In this document: piece by piece, positions 1-16,170 of the stretch
Layout of the letters: the number at the start of each line of letters is the position of its first letter
How positions within the stretch are numbered: the stretch's first letter is position 1
Assembly (NCBI RefSeq): GCF_000143415.4
Contig: NW_003314296.1
Coordinates: 1,706,966-1,770,965, forward strand
DNA from: Selaginella moellendorffii
Lineage: Eukaryota > Plantae > Lycopodiophyta
Direction of reading: 5' to 3'
Length of the DNA: 64,000 nucleotides
Position numbers and translations under genes: made by a program
Notes under the pieces: generated by a model
The model's database searches: none
What the model saw: only the letters and a program-made list of their open reading frames with translations
What the model was told of the DNA's origin: nothing

Positions 1-50
1 AAAGCAAGACTCACGTGAATCTAAATTTGTTCAACTTTTGATCTTTCAGG

Positions 51-1994
51 AAGCTTATAGGTGCCAGATTCTTCTCTCGCGGCCTACAGGATGGTCCCAA
101 GGCTTATGCAAAAGCAAACCAAGAAGTTCTTTCTCCAAGAGATGTTCAAGGCCATGGAACTCACGTGGCTTCCACTGCCGGAGGTCGATTTGTGAGAAAC
201 GCAAACTGGTTTGGCTACGCGAAAGGCACTGCAAAAGGTGGAGCTCCAGACTCACGTCTCGCAATCTACAAGATATGCTGGAGAAACGTCACGGCCCGGA
301 CCGTAGGGTGTGAAGACGCTCACATTCTCAGCGCATTTGATATGGGAATCCACGATGGCGTGGATATCATTTCTGCATCTTTTGGTGGTTTAGCAGATGA
401 TTACTTCCTTGATTCTACGTCCATTGGAGCGTTCCATGCCATGCAGAAAGGCATTGTGGTGGTGGCTGCCGCTGGAAACGTGCAGGAACGTGAAGGGCCT
501 GGCTCGGTGCAAAATGTAGCTCCTTGGATCATCACTGTTGGGGCGAGCACTCTTGATCGATCCTATTTTGGAGACCTTTACCTTGGCAACAATAAATCAT
601 TTCGTGGTTTTAGTATGACGGAGCAAAGATTAAAAAAGCGGTGGTATCATCTTGCTGCGGGAGCCGATGTTGGCTTGCCAACTTCCAACTTTTCAGCCAG
701 GTAAAATATCAAATCTATAGATTTGAGTTAAAGAAATATTAATGCTGCAGGCAACTGTGTATGAGCCAGTCTTTGGATCCCAAGAAAGTCCGGGGAAAGA
801 TTGTGGCATGCTTGAGAGGGCCGATGCAGCCAGTGTTCCAATCATTCGAAGTTTCTCGAGCTGGCGGAGCTGGGATTATCTTTTGCAACTCCACTCTAGT
901 CGATCAAAATCCTAGAAATGAATTTCTTCCCTCGGTTCATGTCGATGAAGAAGTTGGACAAGCCATCTTTTCATATATCAAATCTACAAGGTAAAATCTT
1001 CGTTCTTCTTTCTGTTTCTTACCTTTGTGTGCCTGGCAGAAATCCTGTAGCGGATATACAGCATCAGATATCATTGAGAAATCAAAAGCCTGCTCCTTTC
1101 ATGGCACCTTTTTCTTCCTCTGGTCCCAACTTCATTGATCCAGACATTCTCAAGGTTTGTCAATGCTTTCTGTCTATTTGTTTTGGTAGATTTTGAAGAT
1201 TTTTGTTCTTTCAGCCGGATATTACAGCTCCAGGAGTATACATTCTAGCAGCATACACTCAATTCAACAATTCTGAAGTACCATACCAATTTTTATCTGG
1301 AACCTCCATGTCTTGCCCTCACGTCACTGGGATTGTCGCCCTACTAAAATCCTATCGTCCAGCCTGGAGTCCAGCAGCAATCAAATCAGCCATAGTAACA
1401 ACAGGTAACTAAGTGATACATCTTTGTTTGTTACTGACACTTCAAAACAAAACAGGTTACTCATTCGATAATCTTGGAGAACCAATCAAGAATTCATCAC
1501 GAGCTCCTGCGTCACCCTTTGATTTTGGTGGAGGGCATGTAAATCCAAATGCTGCTGCACACCCTGGCCTAGTATACGATGCCGACGAGCAAGACTACAT
1601 TGGATATCTCTGCGGTCTGGGATACAACCACACTGAACTTCAGATCCTCACGCAAACTTCGGCTAAGTGTCCTGACAACCCCACAGACCTCAACTATCCA
1701 TCCATTGCCATCTCCGATTTGCGCCGCAGCAAAGTCGTGCAGAGGCGAGTGACGAACGTGGACGATGATGCGACGAATTACACGGCATCTATCGAGGCAC
1801 CGGAGAGTGTGTCGGTGTCGGTTCATCCATCGGTGCTGCGGTTCAAGCACAAGGGCGAGACGAAAGCATTCCAGGTGATATTTAGAGTGGAGGACGACTC
1901 AAACATTGATAAGGATGTTTTCGGGAAGCTGATATGGAGCAACGGAAAGTATACGGTCACAAGCCCCATTGCAGTCAAGCCAAGCAGATCTTAA
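51..1994 (+). CDS. Subtilisin-like serine protease (S8, PA and Fn3-like domains), copy A; 5' exons lie before the window, visible part intact
   Basis: Spliced exons ~51-700, 751-990, 1040-1154, 1215-1404, 1456-1994 with GT-AG introns. Catalytic His in GHGTHVAST, oxyanion AAGN, catalytic Ser in [24 protein letters not shown]. No lesion seen. Confidence 0.92.
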
Positions 1995-2399
1995 GCAATT
2001 TTTGGGATGGAATAAAATTTCGAACATAAAATAAAATTTCGAAACATTCGTGTTCTGGTAGATTTTTTTGCCTGGTAGATTTTTTGCCTCGGAGGCTCAT
2101 GCAAAAGCCAATCAATTTCCAGACCATGGATGCCAAGTGCTCCAACTGTCAGCGAACATCCATTGGAGCTTAATCATTATTAGTATAATCTTGGGGCAAT
2201 ATTGATCACCTTACCTATCGCATGCGAAGCAATTGCTCTACCATGTGAACTACACCCTTTTAACACACGCCATTTTTTATGTTCTCCATTGTGACCCACA
2301 AAAGCATATTCGGTCAAGTGATATTAATGGCAAAGAGAACAGGAAGAAAGAAAGAATTTAGGGTTCTACGGCCCCAGATGGTCGATCTGGGGCAGGGAT

Positions 2400-3930
2400 C
2401 TTTGCGTGTGGACGGAGCATCGATGGTGTGCAAGGAATCGGCGAGGTAGCGCTTCCAATATCGCTGGACGGCGCCTTTACGCTCCAGGAAGCGCCGCCGT
2501 ATGGGCTTGGGAATCGGACTCTGGTCGACACAGCCGTGCGAAGAGCTTGGCAGATCGATGGTGGCAAAGTCTTGTCGCATTTTTCCAGCCACACTGTCCA
2601 AGCCGTCGCTGCTATTGCTGTTCGTGGCTTGGGGATGGATCCGATTTGTGCAAGCTGCTGGTTTACGAATCAGGTGGGAAACACATATTATCCATTTCCT
2701 CTCTTTCCTCGTACTCTTTCGTTGTTTGCGTTTTTTCTTGGCTAGTCTTCACTCTATTTTACGTCCTTGTTTGATTTCTTACGTGTTTAGATTTCAGTGT
2801 TTCATAGCTAGTTTCTCTTTGCGTGGGTCTTTCTTATACTTGGTAGAAGGAATCTGATCTTGTTCTTTCACAAGATGGACAGTTCAAGCTACACCGAGAC
2901 ATCGAGAAGGAGCCTGGCATGTTTGCCACTCTCATACTCCAGCTCCCTGCATGGTTGCCAGGGAGGTGCTCTCGTGGTTCAGCATGGCAACCTCACTTTG
3001 ACGCTGGCTTCAAGGACACCGTCTTCTTTGCCGACTGCGAGCATGAAATCCAGCCAGTGAGACGAGGAAGGTGTGCGTGCATTTCAACCTGGTACGCAAG
3101 ACGAACGTTAGATCCAACAGAGCTCTGTGCGAAGTTAGTACCGCGACTGTGCTACGAGTGAAGTCATCTCTCGCACCTTAGATCCAGGATGCAAATTCGT
3201 CGTTAGAGAAGTTGGTCTTTTGTGTACACGGAGACAAATCTTTGCTTCTCTGGACTTAAAAGATCAAGACAGGCTGGTGGTGGAGCTCCTAGGAAACGTA
3301 CCGGTACTGCAGTGCTGCTGTGGTGTTTTGGCAGAAACGCAAGAGCATCGAGCTCGTTTGCCGGGGCAGGACTTGAAGGAGCTCTGGACATGGTGGAGTG
3401 GAGGGAGCTTCGGACTTCTCGGCTTGGCTCATATATCTAGTTAAGTACTATATTGCGGATATGAGCTCCTACGATCACTACAGGAGGAACGGAAACTTTT
3501 GCCGCTTGATCAAGCTTTGCCTTGACTCGGGTGATTCCAACTAAGTTTATCGGCTGATCGAGGTGCTGGGACAGGAAAGAAGCTCCCACAATCACTACAC
3601 GAGATATCTTTTGAAGGGATCAAGTCCGTTAAGGTTGCAAAGGTGGTTGCTCAAGCCCCCAAGTTTCTGGGATGGGATGCCCCGAGAGATCTCGTTTTGA
3701 AGCTTCTCCGGAGCTAGACCAGTTCGTGTTCTTCTGCCGTAATCTCGATAGCTGAGATGCTCTTCGCCCTGAGGCTGCACGATCAAATTCCGTTCTTCAT
3801 CGAGTAGAAAGCTGGAACGGGAGATGTTTGCAAGCTGCTCATCAACCTCTGGAAGCAAGACGCTGCTCAACGCGTCCGTTGGAAGAACGATACTTACCTC
3901 TATCCGAAGCTTTGCGGGGTGGTCACAACC
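2400..3930 (+). pseudogene. Degenerate 2OG-Fe(II) dioxygenase (P4H-like) domain gene, copy 1
   Basis: Frame-broken peptides: GIGEVALPIS..APPYGLGNRTLVDTAVRRAWQID, LCKLLVYESGG, FKLHRDIEKEPGMFATLILQLP (HxD at 2892), GGALVVQHG, FFADCEHEIQPVRRG (distal His), YTETNLCFSGLK. Confidence 0.75.
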
Positions 3931-4821
3931 ACGAGAAGAAAGTTTGTATCTCGTCAGATGAAATCCAAAGAAGAAATCTTGTTAGGGCTACAAGATCACC
4001 AAAAGAAAATCTACCAGCATTGATCCTGGAAGAAATCCAGCGTTTCCAGGAGGCGCGCTATGGCCCGGAATGGTTTAGGGCTTAGCCTTGTCTGGTCTGC
4101 CTGCCATGGCAAGAAACATTGCGAAAAAGATGCTGTGCAATTGGGCTTATACTGAAAGTTGCAGCTTTAGCGGACAAACAGCACTAGATCACTCTATCAA
4201 AGACTGGTGTCCCAGTTAAACTGAGGCTATTTCAGGGTTAATGTACACAATGATGTTTTTTCATCCCCAACATGCACTGTAAGCATTCAATAGCTTGAAG
4301 TTCTTCCTTCAATTCACGTGAACTGAAGGATAAACTTCACTGGCTGAAGCCTTGGAGGTTAAAGTATATAAAATAATAAAAAAGAATATACAATATCAAA
4401 ATAATCTTGATTTTGAAATTCTAGCCACTACTTAAACCCATCTTCCTAGCTAGAAGTACGTGATGCAAACCAGTATTAACAGCGTCTGGATGAAGAACAC
4501 TCCCCATGAGTGTTTCCTTCTTGTCCGAGCAAATCAATCAAGCTGAGAAAGAACTATTATAATCTGTCAGCTAGTGATGCTAAATTCTCGTGATATAATT
4601 TAACATCGACAATTCTCCTGAATAAGTCGTATTTCAAAGAGCTATAATTTGTAAACTCGTGATATACTTTACCATCACTAGCCCTTGACAAATTCTCCTG
4701 AATAAGTCATATAAGTCAAACAAGCCGGCCTGAGATGCGCGTCACAGGAAATTTTCCGCAGTTTCCAATATAAATGATTACATCTTCTTCCTGCAATTCT
4801 CAAATACAATTCTTCGAGTTC

Positions 4822-7674
<2,853 letters not shown>

Positions 7675-7809
7675 AATTTTGAAACATGTGTTCTGGTAGA
7701 TTTTTTGCCTCGGAGGCTCATGCAAAAATTTCCAGACCATGGATGCCAACTCCAACTCAAAGAATTTAGGGTTCTAAGGCCCAGATGGTCGATGCGAGAA
7801 GCCGCAGGG

Positions 7810-9170
7810 ATCTTTGCGTGTGGAGGGAGCATCGATGGTCACCTCCCGCTCCCGGCGAGGTAGCGCTTCCAATATCGCTGGACGGCGCCTTTACGCTCCA
7901 GGAAGCGCCGCCGTATGGGCTTGGGAATCGGACTCTGGTCGACACGGCAGATCGATTTTTCCAGCCACACTGTCCAAGCCGTCGCTGCTATTGCTGTTCG
8001 TGGCTTGGGGATGGATCCGATTTGTACAAGCTGCTGGTTTGCGAATCAGGGGAAACACATATTATACTCTTTCGTTGTTTGCGTTTTCTCTTGGCTAGTC
8101 TTCGCTCTATTTTACGTCCTTGTTTTATCTAGTTAAGTACTATATTGCGGATAGGAGCTCCTACGATCACTACAGGAGGAGCGGAAACTTTTGCCCTTGA
8201 TCAAGATCAAGCTTTGCCTTGACTCGGGTGATTCCAACTAAGTTTATCTGCTGATCGAGGTGCTGGGACAGGAAAAAAGCTCCCACAATCACATATCTTT
8301 TGAAGGGATCGATCAAGTCCGTTAAGGTTGCAAAGGTGGTTGCTTGAGCCCCCAAGTTTCTGGGATGGGATGCCCCGAGAGATCTCGTTTTGAAGCTTCT
8401 CCGGAGCTAGAGCTGCTCGCGTGATGGAGTGCGTGGCTGGGAGGTCTCTGGGACGTGGATGAGTTTGCCCAGCCATGCAATTCCTTCTGAGGCTGCACGA
8501 TCAAATTCCACCCTTCGTCGAATAGAAAGCTTCTGGAAGCAAGACGCTGCTCAACGCGTCTGTTGGACGAACGATACTTAACTCTATCCAAAGCTTTGCG
8601 GGGTGGTCACAACCAGAGACCTGAAGGTGGCAGAGCTCGCAAGCAACGTGATGAACGTGTTTTTATGGCTGGACGACGCCACAATGCTGGGGAGCTTCAT
8701 ACTCAATCTCAAGAGCCAGAAGCTCAAGGACTTTGTGGCGAAAGTTTTCCGGGATGGAGGCATCTGGTATCGATCAAAGGGAAGTGTGCTCTTTGCGACA
8801 TAGCCCAGGAGAGGATCAACGAGCTCTCGAAGGTGCAGAAGCCGGATGCGCACAGGTGGTGTGGCAACGCTTCCGGGTCATCCCGAGGTGGAGGCGTTTC
8901 TCCGGGGTCCCCAAGAGACGTTCACAGGTCCCAGGCGCGAAGCTTTGCTAGCAGCTACTTCGATGGGAAGTTTAGGAGCGGCTTCAGTGCAAAGCATAGG
9001 CTTCCTTCTGATACTCGGAATGCGTATGCTGAGATGAGGAAGGTGTACACGAATGGACAGACGGAGCTGAGGCTCCTTCAGCAACGCATTTAAGAGGTGA
9101 AGATTGGCAAGAGGAAAGCTAGCGCACGCGCTAGCTCATAAAAGAGTGTGTGGTCAAAACTGGCGAGGCC
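7810..9170 (+). pseudogene. 2OG-Fe(II) oxygenase gene remnant, copy 2 (N-terminal piece plus C-terminal region; catalytic core deleted)
   Basis: Near-identical to 2400-2770 and 3440-3930, then continues with VVTTRDLKVAELASN..KVFRDGG..ATLPGHPEVEAFLRGPQETFT..ARSFASSYFDG; frameshifts. Confidence 0.65.
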
Positions 9171-9381
9171 AACAAGGTAAAAGAAGAAAATCGTCAAGTT
9201 TACAGTGTTGGTAGCTCAATGTTGCAGCTTCACTGCAGCGAACATTCGTTGTATGAATGCTTCTTGCTTCTTAAATTTTGCATCACGGGTTTAGTCGTCA
9301 CACGGACACATTCCGCGCCTCCTCCAATATAAATGATCACATCTTCTTACCTACAAATCTCAAACACAAGTCATCAAGTTC

Positions 9382-11255
9382 ATGGCGCTCTCAATCTTCC
9401 TTTTAAGTTCAAGTGCCATCTCCATCGCTCAGGTGTATATCATTTCTTATGTAGCGTAACTTCTAGTTTATAAGCCCTTGCGTTTGATTCTATTTCCAGG
9501 GACGAGATCAAGGAGACTCTCACATTGCGATAAATCGCTCCATCCAGATGCTGTTACTAACTCCTTCAGGACGTTTTAGGAAGGTAAAACTTCGATCACA
9601 AAAGAAAAGAGTATTCGTGTATGCCAGTGTCGAAGTTGCCAGAGATTCACTGGGTTTTAGCTACAGGCATGGATTCAGTGGCTTCCCGGCTAGAACAAGC
9701 TTTTAACTCTCTGGTAACGCTCATAGAAATTAAAAATGTAAGTCAATCTCTCCTCACGCTGCAGGCCTCCCAAACGTGTTGTCCATTTTTCCCAACAAAA
9801 TCCACACGGTCCACACCACATTGACCTCATGGGAGTTTCTCGGCCTCTATGGAAATGGACAGAAAACCTTGTATGGGGGTAGTGAAGCTACTGAATCATC
9901 ATGGCTATGGAGAAAAGCAAAATTTGGCAAAGACATTATCATCGGCGTTTTGGATTCAGGTATTTCCTTTTTCCATCATTTTCTTCTTTTTACTGGTCTT
10001 CTCCAGGAGTATGGCCAGAGTCGGAAAGGTTTTCCGATCATGGCACGGGACCAATCCCCGAAAGATGGAAAGGAACTTGCGAAACTGGGGAGCAATTCCA
10101 CTCTTCTCACTGCAACAAGTAAAAGCATGACTCACGTGAATCTAAATTTGTTCAACTTTTGATCTTTCAGGAAACTTATAGGTGTCAGATTCTTCTCTCG
10201 TGGCCTACACGATGGTCCTGAGGCTTATGCAAAAGCAAACCAAGAAGTTCTTTCTCCAAGAGATGTTGTCGGCCATGGAACTCACGTGGCTTCCACTGCG
10301 GGAGGCCGATTTGTGAGAAACACAAACTGGTTTGACTACACGAAAGGCACTGCAAAAGGTGGAGCTCCAGACTCATGTCTCGCAATCTACAAGATATGCT
10401 GGAGAAACGTCACGGCCAGCACCATACGATGTGAAGACTCTCACATTCTCAGCGCATTTGATATGGGAATCCACCATGGCGTGGATATCATTTCTGCATC
10501 TTTAGGTGATTCAGCTTCCTTGAATCTACGTCCATTGGAGCGTTCCATGCCATGCAGAAAGGCATTGTGGTGGTGGGAAATGTAACCCCCTGGATCATTA
10601 CTGTTGGAGCGAGCACTCTTGATCGAGCCTACTTTGCAGATCTTTTCCTTGGCAACAATGTACGCAAGTACAGGGCATATAGTCTATTATACATCTCACT
10701 TTTTTGGATTCAGGGTTCTAGTTTTACGAGGCAAAGATTGTCAAAACGGAGGTATCATCTTGCTGTGGGTGCCGATGTTGGCTTGCCAAGTTTCCAGCCA
10801 GGTAAAATAATTAATCTTAACTTTGAGTTCATTTGAAATTATTAATGATGCAGGCTAATGTGTATGAGCGGGTCTTTGGATCCCAAAGAAGTCCAGGGAA
10901 AGATTGTGGCATGCTTGAGAGGGCCGATGCATCCACTTATGTGAAGTTTCTCAAGCTGGTGGAGCTGGGATTATCGTTTGCAACTCCACTGAATTCTTTC
11001 TTCAGTTCATGTTGATGAAAGAGTTGGACAAACCATCTTTTTATATATCAAATCTACAAGGTAAAAGAGTTATTTTCTTCCTTTCTTTCCTTTCTTCCTT
11101 ATTTTCTTTCTTTCTGTTTCTTAGCTTTGTGTCTGGCAGAGATCCTATAGCGGATATACAGCATCAGATAACTTTGAGAAACTGAAAACATGCTCCTTCC
11201 ATGGCACCTTTTTCATCCTCTAGTCCCAACTCGGTTGATCCAGACATTCTTAAGT
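9382..11255 (+). pseudogene. Subtilisin pseudogene, copy C (3'-truncated before the catalytic Ser exon)
   Basis: Homologous to copy B exons 1-8 with frameshifting deletions in exons 1-3, an in-frame TGA near 11184 and no GTSM exon. Confidence 0.88.
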
Positions 11256-11339
11256 TTTGTCAATGTTTTATCATTTTAAATTTTTTTTTTTTTTTTTTTG
11301 GGGTATGTTCTTTCAGCCCAATTGACAAGCATATAACTT

Positions 11340-11680
11340 GTTCCATCTCACAGTGATCCTAGTTTTCTTGAGTTTGTATGTGTGGTAAGAACCATCATGG
11401 CTCAGGTGGAGAATGCAAACAGCAGTAGCTTCTGCAATTAGCTTCACCACTCTCACAAGCAAGAATCCTCCTCCTTGTCAAATATGGTCTTCCCACTGCT
11501 TCTGCCTGCAACAGCAGGGAGGGTTTTGCATGCCCCGAAGTGAACAGCTTTGTCAACGAATTTGATCCGTTCTACAGATGGTCTCCCTTGCCAGTGTCCT
11601 CACCACGGCAACTAGCATCGACATCTAGCTCGCCAATTCCACCTACCAGCAAGCTAGTGCATGGAGAGTGATCAGCACAC
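11340..11680 (+). other. Unidentified repeated gene-like fragment (also 24880-25260 -, 29640-29885 -, 34640-35110 +, 51325-51480 +)
   Basis: The same sequence (…VKYGLPTASACNSREGFACPEVNSFVNEFDPFYRWS…) recurs in five overlapping pieces, between truncated subtilisin copies and copia remnants. Confidence 0.5.
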
Positions 11681-13170
11681 AAAGCTTCGGATAGAGGTAG
11701 GTATCGTTCTTCCATCGGACGCGTTGAGCAGCGTCTTGCTTCCAGAGGTTGATGAGCAGCTTGCAAAGATCTCCCGTTCCAGCTTTCTACTCGGCGAAGG
11801 ATGGAATTTGATCGTGCAGCCTCAGAGCGAAGAGCATCTCAGTGATCGAGATTACGGCAGAAGAACACGAACTGGTCTAGCTCCGGAGAAGCTTCAAAAC
11901 GAGATCTCTCGGGGCATCCCATCCCAGAAACTTGGGGGCTTGAGCAACCACCTTTGCAACCTTAACGGACTTGATCCCTTCAAAAGATATCTCGTGTAGT
12001 GATTGTGGGAGCTTCTTTCCTGTCCCAGCACCTCGATCAGCCGATAAACTTAGTTGGAATCACCCGAGTCAAGGCAAAGCTTGATCAAGCGGCAAAAGTT
12101 TCCGTTCCTCCTGTAGTGATCGTAGGAGCTCCTATCCGCAATATAGTACTTAACTAGATATATGAGCCAAGCCGAGAAGTCCGAAGCTCCCTCCACTCCA
12201 CCATGTCCAGAGCTCCTTCAAGTCCTGCCCCGGCAAACGAGCTCGACGCTCTTGCGTTTCTGCCAAAACACCACTGCAGCACTGTAGTACCGGTACGTTT
12301 CCTAGGAGCTCCACCACCAGCCTGTCTTGACCTTTAAGTCCAGAGAAGCAAAGATTTGTCTCCGTGTACTTGTGCTCGAGACAAAAGACCAACTTCTCTG
12401 GCGATGAATTTGCATCCTGGATCTAAGGTGCGAGAGATGACTTCACTCGTAGCACAGTCGCGGTACTAACGTCGCACAGAACTCTGTAGGATCTAACGTT
12501 CGTCTTGCGTACCAGGTTGAAATGCAGGCTCGTCTCACTGGCTGGATTTCATGCTCGCAGTCGGCGAAGAAGGCGGTGTCCTTGAAGCCGGCGTCAAAGT
12601 GACGTTGCCATGCTGAACCATGAGAGCACCTCCCTGGCAACCATGCAGGGAGCTGGAGTATGAGAGTGGCAAACATGCCAGGCTCCTTCTTGATGTCTCG
12701 GTATAGCTTGAAGTGTCCATCTTGTGAAAGAACAAGATCAGATTCGTTCTACCAAGTATAAAAAAGACCCACGCAAAGAGAAACTAGCTATGAAACACTG
12801 AAATCTAAACACGTAAGAAATCAAACAAGGACGTAAAATAGAGCGAAGACTAGCCAAGAGAAAACGCAAACAACGAAAGAGTACGAGGAAAGAGAGGAAA
12901 TGGATAATATGTGTTTCCCACCTGATTCGTAAACCAGCAGCTTGCACAATCGGATCCATCCCCAAGCCACGAACAGCAATAGCAGCGACGGCTCGGACAG
13001 TGTGGTTGGAAAAATGCGACTTTGCCACCATCGATCTGCCAAGCTCTTCGCAATTCCCAAGCCCATGCCTGCTCGGCCGCTTCCTGGAGCGTAAAGGCGC
13101 CGTCCAGCGATATTGGAAGCGCTACCTCGCCGATTCCTTGCACACCATTGATGCTCCCTCGACACGCAAA
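11680..13170 (-). pseudogene. 2OG-Fe(II) oxygenase gene remnant, copy 3 (inverted duplicate of 2400-3910)
   Basis: Reverse complement of copy 1: MFATLILQLP, AFFADCEHEIQPVRR, VFCLEHKYTETNLCFSGLKGQDRLVVELL. Confidence 0.75.
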
Positions 13171-13505
13171 GATCCCTGACCATCTGGGGCCGTAGAACCC
13201 TAAATTCTTTCTCCTTTCTCGGGAAAGCTTCCCGCGCAAGCCTCGCAATGTTCTCTTCGCTATTAATATCACGTGACCGAATATGCTTTTGTCGGTGATA
13301 ATGGGTGTTAAAAGGGTGTATTTCAGATGGTAGAGGGATCGCTTTGCATGCGATAGGTAAAAGGATCAATATTGCCCCAAGATTATACTAATAATGATTA
13401 AGCTTAGAGCACTTGGCATCCATGGTCTGGAAATTGATTGGCTTTTGCATGAGCCTCCGAGGCAAAAAGTCTACCAGAACACGAACATTGCTATGTTTCA
13501 AAATT

Positions 13506-16170
13506 TTATTCCAAAGATCTGCTTGGCTTGACTGCAATGGGGCTTGTGACCGTATACTTTCCGTTGCTCCATATCAGCTTCCCGAAAACATCCTTATCAA
13601 TGTTTGTCCTCCACTCTAAATATCTTTCGTCTCGCCCTTGTGCTTGAACCGCAGCACCGATGGATGAACCAACACCGACACACTCTCTGGTGCCTCGATA
13701 GTTGCCGTGTACTTCGTCGCATCATCGTCCACGTTCGTCACTCGCCTGTGCATGACTTTGCTGCGGCACAAATGAGAGATATCCAATGTAGTCTTGCTCG
13801 TCGGTGTCGCATACTAGGCCAGGGTGTGCAGCAGCATTTGGATTTACATGCCCTCCACCAAAATCAAAGGGTGATGCAGGAGCTCGTGATGAATTCTTGA
13901 TTGGTTCTCCAAGATTATCGAATGAGTAACCTGTTTTGTTTTGAAGTGTCAGTAACAAACACAGATGTATCACTTAGTTACCTGTTGTAACTATGGCTGA
14001 TTTGATTGCTGCTGGACTCCAGGCTGGACGATAGGATTTTAGTAGGGCGACAATCCCAGTGACGTGAGGGCAAGACATGGAGGTTCCAGATGAAAATTGG
14101 TATGGTACTTCTGAGTTGTTGAATTGAGTGTATGCTGCTAGAATATTTACTCCTGGAGCTGTAATATCCGGCTGAAAGAACAAAAATCTTCAAAAACTAC
14201 CAAAACAAATACACAGAAAACATTGACAAACCTTGAGAATGTCTGGATCAATGAAGTTGGGACCAGAGGATGAAAAAGGTGCCATGAAAGGAGCAGGCTT
14301 TTGATTTCTCAATGTTATCTGATGCTGTATATCCGCTATAGGATCTCTGCCAGACACAAAGGTAAAAAACCAGAAAGAAGAACGAAGATTTTACCTTGTA
14401 GATTTTATATATGAAAAGATGGCTTGTCCAACTTCTTCATCAACATGAACCGAAGGAAGAAATTCATCTGTAGGATTTTGATCGACTAGAGTGGAGTTGC
14501 AAAAGATAATCCCAGCTCCGCCAGCTCGAGAAACTTCGAATGATTGGAATGCTGGATGCATCGGCCCTCTCAAGCATGCCACAATCTTTCCCCGGACTTT
14601 CTTGGGCTCCAAAGACTGGCTCATACACAATTGCCTGCAGCATTAATATTTCTTTAACTCAAATCTATAGATTGATATTTTACCTGGTTGAAAAGTTGGA
14701 AGTTGGCACAGCAAGATGATACCACCGCTTTTTTAATCTTTGCTCCGTCATACTTAAACCCCGAAATGATTTATTGTTGCCAAGGTAAAGGTCTCCAAAA
14801 TAGGATCGATCAAGAGTGCTCGCTCCAACAGTGACGACCCAAGGAGCTACATTTTTCACAGAGCCAGGGCCTTCTTCCCGCTCGTTTCCAGCGGAAGCCA
14901 CCACCACAATGCCTTTCTGCATGGCATGGAACGCTCCAATGGACGTAGAATCAAGGAAGTAATCACCCGCTGAACGACCGAAAGATGCAGAAATGATATC
15001 CACGCCATCGTGGATTCCCATATCAAATGCGCTGAGAACGTGAGAATCCGGGCACCTTACACTGCCCTCCGTGATGTTTCTCCAGCATATCTTGTAGATT
15101 GCGAGACGTGAGTCCCTTTCGCATAGCCAAACCAGTTTGCGTTTCTCACAAATCGGCCTCCGGCAGTAGAAGCCACGTGAGTTCCATGGCCTTGAACATC
15201 TCTTGGGGAAAGAAGTTCTTGGTGTGCTTTTGCATAGACCTCGGGACCATCTTGCAGGCCGTGGGCCCTGAAAGATCAAAAGTTGAAAACATTTAAATTC
15301 ACTTAGAGTGTTGTTTCTTACTTGTTGCAGTGAGAAGCGTAATTGCTCCCCAGTTTCGCAAGCCCCTTTCCATCTTTTGGGGATTGGTCCCATGCCATGA
15401 TCCAAAAAGCTTTCCGACTCTGGCCATACTCCTGGGAAAACCAACATTAGTCCAAGCCCTCTGCCATGCTAGCAAAGTTGGCGGACCTTCTCCTGCCCAC
15501 CATGAAAACAAGAAGATGAAAGAGAGAAATACCTGAATCCAAAACACCAATGATAACGTCCTTGCCAAATTTTGATTTCTTCCATAACCACGATGATTCA
15601 ATAGCGTCACTAGCACCAAACAAGGATTTCTCTCCACTTCCATAGAGTCCCAGAAATTCCGATGAGTCTGTGGTGTGGACCGTGTGGAATTCATTGCGAA
15701 AGACGGACAAGACGTTTGGGAGGCCTGCAATATGGATAAAGACTGACTTAGATTATGTATAATGTTTCTATGATGCGTTACCAGAGAGTTGAGCAGCTTG
15801 TTCTTCTGTTAAACGAGCCGAGAAGCCACTAAATCCATGCCTATAGCTAAAACCCAGTGATTCTCTGGCAGCTTTGACACTGGAATACACGAATTTGGAT
15901 GAATTCATAATTTTTTTCTTCTGGAGTTTTACCTTCCTAGAACATCCCCAAGGAGTGCGTGATGGGAGCTTGTAACAGCGTCTGGATGGAGGGATTTATC
16001 GACATTCCCCAAATAGACAATGTGAGTGTCTCCTTGATCTCGTCCCTAGAAATAAAATCAAACCATGGGCTTTAAAAGATTGTTTCGCGCGAGATAAGAA
16101 AGGTAAAGACCTGAGAGATGGAGATGGCACTTAAACTTAGAAGAAAGTATAAACAGATTGAGAGCGCCAT
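13506..16170 (-). pseudogene. Subtilisin pseudogene, copy D
   Basis: All ten exons recognisable on the minus strand. Frameshift in exon 5, loss of KLIGARF and GTAKGGAP segments, deletions in the last exon. Confidence 0.9.
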
